The position numbers and the translations under genes were made by a program. The notes beneath the pieces are model-generated. The model saw only the letters and a list, made by a program, of their open reading frames with translations, did no database searches and was not told the DNA's origin. Below, in pieces: positions 47,318 through 58,900 of a DNA stretch of 64,000 nucleotides (position 1 is its first letter; the number at the start of each line of letters is the position of its first letter). The stretch comes from Yuukianura sp. NJ FZ-2021. Taxonomy: Eukaryota. The DNA lies in NCBI GenBank assembly GCA_046563655.1, contig CM102288.1, positions 3,472,001 through 3,536,000 of the forward strand, written 5' to 3'.

Positions 47318-50028
47318 TTATGCAACTGCTTCTTTCTTCTTGAGCGCTGCAGCGATGAGATTCACTACTTGTTTCGCTGCTACTGGAATTCTCGTTCCAG
47401 GTCCAAAGACTGATGCCACTCCAAATTGAAACAGCATTTCATAATCCTGTGGCGGAATTACACCACCACAGACGACTAGAATGTCCTCTCGACCTTGTTT
47501 GGCCAAGGCAGCGATTAGGGCTGGAACTAGTGTCCGATGTCCAGCAGCAAGCGTTGACACTCCAACAGCATGCACGTCAGCATCTATTGCCTGTTGAGCC
47601 ACTTCGTCCGGAGTTTGAAACAAAGGACCCACGTCAACGTCAAATCTAAAACACACAACAAACTTTGAAAATTCACAGAATTCAAAATTCAAAAATATTT
47701 TTGAAAATTGATCTCACGCACCCCATGTCAGCAAATCCAGTTGCAATGACTTTAGCACCACGGTCATGTCCATCTTGTCCCATTTTTGCCACAAGAATTC
47801 GAGGTCGTCGTCCTTCCAGTGCCACGAAATTCTCAACCTTCGAAAAACAACAATTTTATACCAAGAATTGCTCAGTTTTTGATCTTTTTTTGATTACCTC
47901 TCTCATCACATCGTCAATTTCAGATGAACTTCCAAATTCAGACTTGTAAGCTCCAGAAACCAGGCTACCAGAAGCGACGTGACGATTGAAAACTTTCTCC
48001 ATCGCGTAACTAATTTCTCCAACAGTGCACCTCGCCCTGGCTGCATTGACTGCCGCTTCCAGAAGATTCCCGTCACCTGATTTGGCAATGGAGGTGATAA
48101 TGTCCAAACATTCTTCAGCCTTCTTCGTATCTCTCGTGCTCTTGATTTTCTCTAGTTTGGCAATTTGAGATTTACGTACTTCATTGTTATCAATCATCAA
48201 AACGTCAACTGGAGGTTCGTTCTCCAATTTGTATTTGTTCACTCCCACGATTACTTCTGAAAAGTAAAAACAAGATGAAAAAAAAAAAGATTTCAAAATT
48301 GTGACTGCTGTGGTTTTACCTTTGCCAGAGTCGATATTCGCTTGTCGCTTGGCAGCACATTCTTCAATTCTAAGTTTCGGCCATCCAGAAGACACTGCTT
48401 TTGCCATCCCACCCATTTTTTCGACGTCTTCAATAATTTTTCGGCTTTCATTGTAAACTTCTTGTGTTAGTGATTCCATCATGAAGGATCCTGCCCAAGG
48501 ATCAATGACCTTTCAAAAAAACGACTTTGAATATGTTTACTAAAAAAATTGCTCAAGTTTTCAGAAATCCATACCTTCGGAATTCCAGTTTCTTCTTGTA
48601 GAATAATTTGTGTATTTCGGGCAATTCGGGCTGAGAATTTTGTAGGAAGTGCCAGAGCCTCGTCAAAAGAATTTGTATGCAAACTTTGAGTACCGCCGAA
48701 AACCGCAGCCATTGCTTCAACAGCAGTTCGTACAATGTTGTTGTAAGGATCTTGTTCAGTAAGAGACCAACCGGAAGTTTGACAATGTGTTCGCAGCATC
48801 AGCGATTTCTGACTTTTCGGAGAAAACTTTTCTTGAAGTAGGTGAGCCCAGAGTCGTCTAGCTGCTCTCATCTTGGCAATTTCCTAAAAAATCAGTGACT
48901 AACGCTAAAATTTTATCATTTAATAATGAATTTTTCGTTTTTCTTTCTTTACCATATAAAAATTCATTCCAATTCCCCAGAAAAATGACAGCCGCGGAGC
49001 AAACTCGTCAATATCCATGCCAGCCTTGAGTCCAGTCCGACAGTATTCAAGACCATCAGCAAGTGTGAAGGCCATTTCGAGTGTCGCTGTGGCTCCGGCT
49101 TCTTGAATGTGATATCCAGAGATACTAATTGAGTTATACTTCGGCATATGCTTAGAAGTGTATGAAAAGATGTCGCCGATTATCTTCATGGAGGGTTCTG
49201 GAGGATAAATGTAAGTATTTCGGACCATGAATTCTTTCAGAATGTCATTCTGAATTGTTCCTGAAAGTTTTTCTTTGCCAAATCCTTGTTCTTCGCCAGT
49301 GACAATGAACATGGACAACACAGGTATCACTGCCCCGTTCATCGTCATTGACACTGACATCTTGTCTAATGGGATTCCATCAAAAAGTGTTTTCATATCT
49401 TCAACAGAGTCGATTGCTACACCAGCCATTCCGACGTCTCCCGAAACTCTGGGGTTGTCTGAATCATAGCCGCAATGTGTAGCCAAGTCAAATGCGACAC
49501 TCAGTCCTTGTTGTCCAGCCTTAATATTTTCACGGTAAAATCGATTACTCTCCTCTACAGTTGAGAATCCTGCATATTGACGAATAGTCCATGGTCTCTG
49601 GGCGTACATGGTAGGGTAAGGACCTCTTGTGTATGGAAACTTGCCGGGTAATTCATGTTCCAAACTGTAAGAAAAACCAATGGATTAACAAAGTAATTGA
49701 CACTTCAATTTCCATGAAAAATTATTACTTTTCAGTGTCCTTTTTCGTATAAATTGGCTTGATTGTAATTTCTTCGGGTGTGTTCCAGAGCAATTCTTGT
49801 GCTGGATCTTTGCCTTTCATTTGCTTCTTTGCTAACTTTGCCCATTCCTCATCCAAGTGTAGCCCACGACAAGTGACCAAGTACTGGGTCTAACCAAAAC
49901 CAGGTCCGAGGTCAATCAAGTTTAAAAAAAAAATACGGATTTCTTTTTTGATAATAAGTTACCGATTTAACTGCAGAGAATCTTCGACATGTCCTTAGCC
50001 ATTCTCGTCCCAATTGAATCGGCAGCAT
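47318..50028 (-). CDS. MMUT: Methylmalonyl-CoA mutase, mitochondrial
   Basis: Contains [53 protein letters not shown], the cobalamin-binding GQDGHDRG and C-terminal GGVIPPQDY, with an Arg-rich N-terminal transit peptide. Confidence 0.98.
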
Positions 50029-50820
50029 TTTACTTAATTTTAAATTAATAACCTGTAGTCAGACAATTAATTAATCAACTGGACTAATCGTAAGATTAAT
50101 CGCCGGATTGACTGATTGCTAAAAGTAAAATGTAAAAAGTGAAGCATCAGCTGTGTTCTCATCCCATAACCGTCATGTGCCAAAAAATTCACAAAAGCAA
50201 TTCTGGAATAGAAATTTGGAAACACAAAACGCTTCGCACAAGTGGAAGTTTCTCCATTCCAAGGCTCATGGGCATTAACCAGCGAAACAAATAATTCTAC
50301 ATAAAATCTAAGTATGTACATAACTAAAATACAAAATTATGATGTAAATATATAAGTGTAACATTAATACATATTATATCTATATTACTATATTTATTAG
50401 TCAATTTGTTTAAACATTTATCCAATATTTAAAGTCAATATGTACATGTATGACTGGTGGTTTGTAGCAGAGAGAAGCTTTTTGTGCCGTTCAGTTTTCC
50501 TCCTCCCCATTGGAAAATCGGACCAACCAAATTTTGACGCAAGAATTGAAATTGGACAACACAACACAATTTTGTGACCTGCCTTGCCTGCTGGTCTTGC
50601 TGTCATTTGAAGGTTACGAGCCGGTGCCGGTCTTAATCAAGTCAATTAATAATCGATCTAAACCAATTAATTCGAGTTACGCTGGATTACGTTTATCGTG
50701 CGTCTCATTTCTCCTCGGGATAATTAACAGGTATGGTTGACTTTTTTGATTCCTGCTCAACCAATCAACACTGTTTAATTCTTATATCTTGTTGAATATT
50801 TTAGATACACGGAGATAACG

Positions 50821-52498
50821 ATGAAGTCAGTTGTGACACTTGGTCTCATAGTCCTTGCCGTCCTTGTCCCCGTTTACACACAGTCAAGTAAAGATGCCCT
50901 TGTTCTACTGGATGACATGGCCATCAAAGACACACATTCCAAATTCTTCAAAGGCCTTCAAGGTATGTTATACTTGTGAAAATATCTTGAACGTAAACTT
51001 ATACTTGTGTTGTTCCTAGATTCTGGCTACAAATTGACATTCAAAATGTCCGACGAAGCTGCACTGTCCTTGAAGAAGTATGGAGTTTGGCAATACCAGC
51101 ATCTCATTATCTTTGCTCCTGGAACAGAAGAGTTTGGCGGTGATCTGAGCCCTGAAGCCATTGCTGAATTTGTGGACAACCAAGGGAATGTCTTGGTCGC
51201 TGGTATGTGTTTCAGTCTAATCAAAATTTCATCAATAGAACGTTCATTTTTTTTATTTGAATTGCGAATTTCAGGAAGCTCCTCAGCTGGAGATGCCATT
51301 CGGGACTTGGCGGCGGAGTTTGGAATTGAATTGGACGATCCCGCTTCTTACGTCATTGACCACATCAATTTTAACCCAACTACTGATTCTGGAAAGGTCT
51401 GCTTCAATTATTCATTGCCAATGTTAAAATTAATGAGCATTTTTAACACTTACTATTCCTTCCAGCACACCGCTGTCGTGGCAGACCCCAAATATCTAAT
51501 TGACGCAAAACCAATCGTGGGTGTCAAAGCTCCAGCCCCATTGTTATATGAAGGCACAAGCCTACTTTTGGATCCAAGCAACCCCCTTGTTTTACCGATT
51601 CTACGAGCACCTTCTTCTGCTTATTCATACGATCCAAGCAAGCCAGTTGCTGACGTGCCTCACACTGTTGGCAGAAACACTGTTCTCATTGCCGGGCTTC
51701 AAGCTAGAAACAACGCACGAGTCGTCTTTACTGGATCGCTGGAATACTTTTCCGACAAATTCTTCTCCAGCCCAGTACAGTTCGAGGTAACACAATCAAA
51801 CAATTGTAATCAGTAGTATTGCTCTATAAAGAAGATACTTTACAAATCAATTGTAGGGTAAGAAGATCGAGAAATCTGGAAACGAAGACTTGTCCAAAGC
51901 CATCACTCAATGGGTGTTCAAAGAACAAGGAGTCCTTCGTCTAAGTAACGTCACGCATCATAAAGCTGGCGAAAAGAGTCCACCAGCAGCCTACACCATT
52001 ACGGAAGACGTTGTTTACTCTGTTGTCATCGAAGAGTTGAACAATGGAGTCTGGAGGGGCTATACTGCCAAGGACATTCAGTTGGAATTTGTTCGAATTG
52101 ATCCATTCGTTCGGACTTTTTTGACAAAGGTGGACGCACAAGGAAAGTATGAAGCCAAGTTTAAGATTCCTGATGTTTACGGAGTCTATCAATTCAAAGT
52201 GGACTACAGCCGTAAGGGATACACATTCCTCAGCAGTGCCACACAGGTAACAAACAACTGCTACTTGTGCTACTTAGTCGATTTTCATTACAATTTTTCC
52301 TCATTAACACTTTTTAATTACTTTTTGAACTTAATTGTACAGGTATCTGTTCGACCACTTCAGCACACTCAGTACGAGAGATTCATTGCGAGTGCATATC
52401 CATACTATGCCTCCGCCTTCTCCATGATGGTTGGATTGCTCATCTTCTCTTGTGTCTTTCTTCACTTCAAAGACGATACCAAGAGCAAGAGCGAGTAA
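50821..52498 (+). CDS. DDOST: Oligosaccharyltransferase 48-kDa subunit (OST48/WBP1)
   Basis: Signal peptide, [61 protein letters not shown] and the C-terminal dilysine-type tail KSKSE. Confidence 0.97.
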
Positions 52499-52912
52499 AG
52501 GAGCAATATTGAGCAGCACATTTACACTGTCCAGTTGTTAATAAGAATTTAATTAGACCAAAAATAGTAGTTGAAATTATACTTACTAGCTTACTTAAGC
52601 TAAACCTACTTTAAGTTCTTCTTCAGTCACTCCCTCTCTTGCTTTCTATTCAAAGTTAAATTAAAATCCGTTTTTAGATTAAGTAACCTAACAAGTAACT
52701 TTAATTTCAACAACGTCAAGGTCAAACGGAAGTTTCGTCAAAAACAAAAATCAAACTAAATATAATTTTAACCTTAAGACTAATGACAGAACATGGCTCT
52801 TTAGGAAGTTCTAACTTTTTAATATTTTCTAAAAACGAAAAGTCAATGAAGCGCAGGCGTTCACGGGATCAGACTAATTCTTGACCAAATCTCCTCCTCA
52901 TTGGTCAGCAGC

Positions 52913-55900
52913 TCATCTACGACGACGATCACGATGTGATTGGTGGACGGACTTGGTGGTGACTGGTGCAAAGTCTTCTTCAGACGACACAAGTTCACCC
53001 GATTCCACATCCGAAATGTCGTCATGGATACTTCCAGCACCTCCGGCAGCAGTACTCTGATGATTCAGTTCTTTCAGTTTGGATCGATGTCCAGACAGTC
53101 CACTTTCGTTACTGATTGAACTCAGACTTCCTCTCTTGACTTTGACACGACGATCCACAGCCACATTTGCTCCAGAACCACAAATACTTCCTGAGCTAAC
53201 AATTGACTCCGTTTCATCCTTCGACATTCTAAATTAAAAAAACATGCAATTTCACTCCTCAAATGTTTAATTATGAACTAGTTTAACTATGAACTAAAAG
53301 TTATTGCATAACTTACGTCTCTGGTTCTGGGTGTGCGTTACTGTTATGCGGATGGCACGATACTTCCGGTGGGTCTGCTGGAATTGGAGGTGCTGGCGGT
53401 GTATTTTCCGTTTCCTTCTTGAATGATTCCGGAGGAAGTATCAATTCCAGTTGCATCAAAGGTACTGGTGTTGAAGGTCTTGGGAAACGTCGGAACGGAC
53501 CAAGCGGTGAAGCATTTGCTCCAGTCAGTTCTCCGTTTATGGGACTAGTCAACCGCGGCGGTGTCAAATCACAACTCAGAAGTGACGGAATGTCTCCCAT
53601 ACCAGGGGAACTCCGCGGACACCGTGGACGCATTCTTGGACTCATCGAGGCTCTCGGTGGTCGTGGACTTCTTTGTCTTGGACTTGACGGAAACGGCGGT
53701 GATATTATATACGGTGCTCCATCTGGACCAAACTAATTGAAAAAAAAACAGAACAGAATTAATTCAAGAACATAAACACAGTTAAATGCTACGCAAACTT
53801 TTCAAACCGCGAAGTTTCATTGGAACTGTTCAAAATTTTAAACTTTATGCACGTAAAATTAATTTTTCAGCACTAAACTTTCAAATTATAGTGTAATTTT
53901 TCAAAATCGCAAAAGTAGCAGTACTTGCGCCAGCACAGAAGCGCTATTCCGGTATCCAGCGTCTAAAACACCTAAAGTTTTGCGCAGCGTGCAATTTCTA
54001 TTGCAATTGGCAAACCGGTTAAGAACACGGGCTTGATACCGGACTCAGAAGACATGCGTAATAATTTATTCAACAATAATCCTAATAGAGAATTACACAA
54101 GAAGACATGCTTTAACAAACCAGCATGTCACTTCTATCAAAAACTGTAATTAATTGATAACAATTAATTAATTACAATTAATTATATAACTACTTCAAAA
54201 CATAATCGGTTGCAGTAGCTTCTCTCAATTAAATTTCCTTCCAGTACATTTCTTCTCCTGGTACAAAATATACGTAGAGTGTTGCTGGAGCGTGGAACAG
54301 CAAATCACGTGCTCTGATACTTCCAAGTATTTTCAAGTATTTCGTAGCTTCAGCAGGTAAATTTCAGCCTTAAATTACGCAACTCCGTCCAATCCAAACA
54401 CCACCAATAACTTTCTTATTTAACATTTCCTGTAAAGTTATCTTAAATCCGAATGTTCACACAGAAAAAAAAGCGGGCATTTTCAAAACTACGAAAACCC
54501 TACGGATGGAACTCATTTTTGACGAGAAGTAATTAGGTTAGCGACGATGAAATGAATTATCACGTGGGTGCTGTACCTGGGGTGGTCCACTGTAGTGATT
54601 TCCTCGCGGTCCCATTCCCATATGCGGCGGTCTTCCACCACGAACATGTTGAAAGTGCTGCAGCATGTGACCACGTACTGGTGCTGGGATGGCTCTGGAA
54701 TTCCGAAACATCAAAATTTCAAAAAACCAAAATTTTTAAAAAACTCAAAATTTTAAAAACTTCATTACCTGCATTGAAGTTCCTCGAGTCTCGGAAGAGC
54801 AGTTCCGACTCCAGTGACGAGTTCTCTTTGTGAATGTGCTTCCAGTGAAATCCGAAACGGCGTCTCTTCTGGACGTCTCGCAGCTTCCAGTTCTCTTGCT
54901 CTTGCTTGCAGTATTTGAATACTTGGTTGCAGTATGCTGTCCAAGTAGTCTACAAATTCTCTATCCGACATTACCACTGGTCTTGCCGCAATATTTTCAG
55001 CAAGTATCGCAGCAAGTTCATAACGTTGATTTCGGTCAGCTGAGTCTCTGAGTACATCATGAATCCGATTCAGAATATCCCACCCATCCTTGTTGAGGTC
55101 GAATTGACGAATGTTAGTAGTGGCCAATGTGTTCAAACGATAATCAATGTCAAACCGACGTTCAGGACGACGAAGTGAGTCAAAATCTGGCATTGGTTCC
55201 AACGGAAGAACTGGAGGCGGTGGTGGTGGTGGAGCTGCTGCTGGTGGTGGCGGCGGGGCCGCTGGTGCAATTGGTGCTTCCAGTTCAACATTCAGTTGTT
55301 TTGGTCTAAGGCGTTGACATGGTTCAGAATCCAGCAAAGAAGTCAACCCAAAGACAGCTTTGTTCATTCGCTTGAGAACTTCGCGTGTCAGGATGTTTGC
55401 ACGAATCTTCAACAACAAAAAACATTTTTTAGAAACTTTTCAAAAACTGTAGCTTATTTTCAAAACTTGAAAAGTTCACCAATGACATAAACTTGTCTCT
55501 GCATTGAAACAAGAGAGCAACGAAGTCCTTGTCTTCCAATAAGTCATACGATTTCCGACTTGATATCAGTTCCATCGTTTCTGCCTGAAATTCAAGAAAA
55601 CGCAGACAATTGAAATCTCCACATGTTTTCATAATCTCAAGGTTGCTGATAATTCCGACTACAAAACTTACCATTTTGAAGTACTCTTCGACCTGAGGTG
55701 CCAAAATGCTGAGTTGATCTTCCAAACTATTCATGAGACGAAGGACTTCAAGCAATTCCATTTCAAGATCCAAATTACCCGCAGAACTTCCAGAAAGGTT
55801 AGACTTCGGAGGAAGTGGGGGGTTAATTGCTTGTCCAGTGAGTAGTGCCCAAGTCTTTTGTACCGTGTCAATCGTAACCAGCCGATCAGAGGTCATTCCT

Positions 55901-58900
55901 AGTTTAAAAAAAAATCTCAGATTCCAGAATTCCATTTTCATGAAAAATTGTCATTGAAAATTATCAGCATGCTGGCAGTGTTGTGAATAACCTGATGGCG
56001 CAGGGTCTCCACCAGCACTTGAATTCGAAAGTGACATAGCCCTTGGCAGAAGATCGTCTTCAAAGGGCGTATAGATTTCGTCTACCCCTGGTGGGGGTGG
56101 CTGTTGATCCAGTACTTGCTGCTGCTGGACAAGCATGTTTGAAGCATCTACTGGAGGCCTCGCAACCACTGGAGGAAGATCGAACTGGAGACGATGAAGG
56201 GAGTTCAAGTCCATTCCATATTTCAAACGAATGTCACCACTGGAACAGCGCATTACAGTTTTCAAAACGTTTTCAAAAATATAAAATTCGAAATTGGAAA
56301 ATTCCAACTTACAGTTTGTCGTAATGCATCTGCTCAACCAAATCTTTAGCACGATTGGCCCACTCTTCCTTCCAGCCCGGAACATAGTCGAAAGTATCTG
56401 CATCGAGGCCTTTCATCTCCACTTCATGATAAGTTTTTTTCCAGTACGCTTGCCACTCCCGCTCATAATCCGGATGTTTCTCCGGCTCTTCACACAAAAC
56501 ATCCCGTAAAGTAGCAATCTCCTTGTCCAAACTAAAAACAACACATAATAGCATAAGTACTTTCATACTTTATACGTATTAAAAATAAAATACTTTCCAG
56601 CACATTAGCACTTACGCCTTTTCCTCTTCCTCCATCAGCCTCCAATTCTCTTCGTGATGTGGCAACCATTTTCCATCTGCTTGGAGTTTCAACTTTTCCG
56701 GAAAAATCGCTGGATGCTTCCGGCTCCTCCGAATTCGTACTTTTGGACTCATGCTTCTGGAACGTGAACGAGACGAACGCCGTTTACGATTACTCGGAGA
56801 TCGACTTCTCCTCGTCCTCTCGAGGAACTTGGCTACTTTTTCTGTGGAAGTTGAGCGTCTCCTTGGAGATGATCTTCGTCTTCTTGGTGATCTTGACTTG
56901 GACCTTGAGCGGGACCGCCTTCTACTGTAGTGTGGTGACCGACGAGAACGATGTCTTAGGTCGTTCAGTTCAATGGGTGACCTCGACCGTGTCCTTCGTT
57001 TTCTTGATGACGGAGATCTTGATCTGTCTCTTCGATGTTCACTGCCTGATTCCATTAGAGCAACAAATAATTAGTCATTTAACCAATCAAAACTTGAGAA
57101 AATGAAACCAAGGATGGAACAAAAACAAGGTCAAGGTGTGGGGTAGGAAAAAGTAAGGTAGCCGGTGTGACTACCGGACCATGGTGCCTCCTTGTCCACT
57201 GGAGGCTTACCAATACATACTGTTTTCCCACAGGACCGCACCGACTAAGCTTCGGCCCCCTAAGCTAAAGCCAAAGCCTCCTCAAACAAGATAGAAGATG
57301 CAAACTGAGTTGAGACTAATCTAGGAAGAATAGGGATGCTTGCACAAGCCAGGGACAAATAAACAAATGAACCTAATCAACTCAGTTATGCAATTCAGCT
57401 TGCAGTGAGGCTCTACTTATTTTTTTCCTTCGGGCAGTATAAGGACTGACCCGAGTTTCGAGCCTGCGACCTCGTCCTCCACTCTGTGGGGTAGGAAAAA
57501 GTAAGGTAACCGGTGTGACCACCGGACCATGGTGCCTCCTTGTCCACTGGAGGCATACCAATACTGTTTTCCCACAAAGGTCATGGCGATACGTTTTGAA
57601 AACAAAAATTTTTATACATAAAAAGCAATGCGAAGAGATTGGATTGGATAGAAATTGGCCAACTTTGCAAGAATGAATCTCTGGGCCAAAGAAAATGGTA
57701 GTTATAAATTAAACTTAAGCAAAAATTAATTAGCAGCATTAACTAAATCTTTGTAAATTGGAAAATATCTCACTCCTCCCAGCGGTTTCAACTTTGTCTT
57801 CCTTCTTCCCTTTGTCTCTTCCAGCATCTTTTTCTTTGGAAGAAGTCGTACTTGTGCTGATCTTGTTCCCATCCTCCTTGGATTTCTCTTTAGACTCTTT
57901 CTTAGATGAAGTCGAACCATCATCTTTACTTTTCTTACTAGATTCTTCCTTTTTCGAAGTTTTTGATCCACTTGAACCACCTCGACTTCCGCCATTACGA
58001 ACAGTTTCTTTCGGTTTTACGGGAGACAGGACCAGCGGATTCCTCGAAACACGCTCTACAAGGTCTTCCGATTGCCTGCGATCTAAAGATCGATCGTAAG
58101 GCATGATGGTAAGTGCTAAAAAATAATCAAATTCAGACAATTTAAGAAAAAAAATCACCAAAAATTTCTCAATTCCTTCGTTTTTGTTTAAAATCTTACA
58201 AATCTTTTTAAAGTTGGCACGATGATCTTCACTTTTAACGTGAGCTCCAAGTTCCGCCTTGCTTTTGAGCAAAACTTTGCAAATGGTACAAGTTCCCTAT
58301 GAATTTAGACAAAAACTTGACAATTCAAAATTTTCAAATTTTCACTTTTCATGGGGGTCATTTTTTACCGTGAAAGTTTTTCGATTGTAGTTGGTTCCTC
58401 GCGGGCAGTCGAGAACTTTTTGAAACTTGTCGTCAGCAGAAATTCTAAATTGAGCGTCAATGAGAGCAGCACCCTGAAAACCAAACAGAAACAACCGTGT
58501 CGGCACAAGTTTTTTCTCGCAAGTATTAAAAAATACAGATTGCAGAAAGCTATTTAAGCGGTGCCCTTAAGTCCGCTTTCATCCCTCTTTTACAGTCACA
58601 GAAATTATAAAGTCCCTTCATTTTGCGCAATTAGCTCATCAATTAACCAACTAACTTAGATTACTAACTTAATCAAAGATAACAAAAAGTCTTACACAAA
58701 ACTCTGCTTTGACGTCTGCTTCATTTCGGTCTGATGAAGTAGTGATTTCATTGATCTGGCATGGCTCTGCTCCAGGATTACTGACATGACCAAAGGAAGA
58801 CACCGTTTCATTTCCGTCGTCAGACGGTGGAGCATTGTCGTCCATCTCTGGATTGATTGGTTCTGACAAAATGGCGGAGAATGATACTTGCTTGTCAATG

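Noticed and set aside
57137..57576. The duplicated ~95-bp hairpin-rich units as ribozymes, snoRNAs or pre-miRNAs
   Set aside because: No hammerhead, twister, HDV or C/D consensus was found by eye. TG...CA ends plus one flanking TSD fit paired LTRs better.
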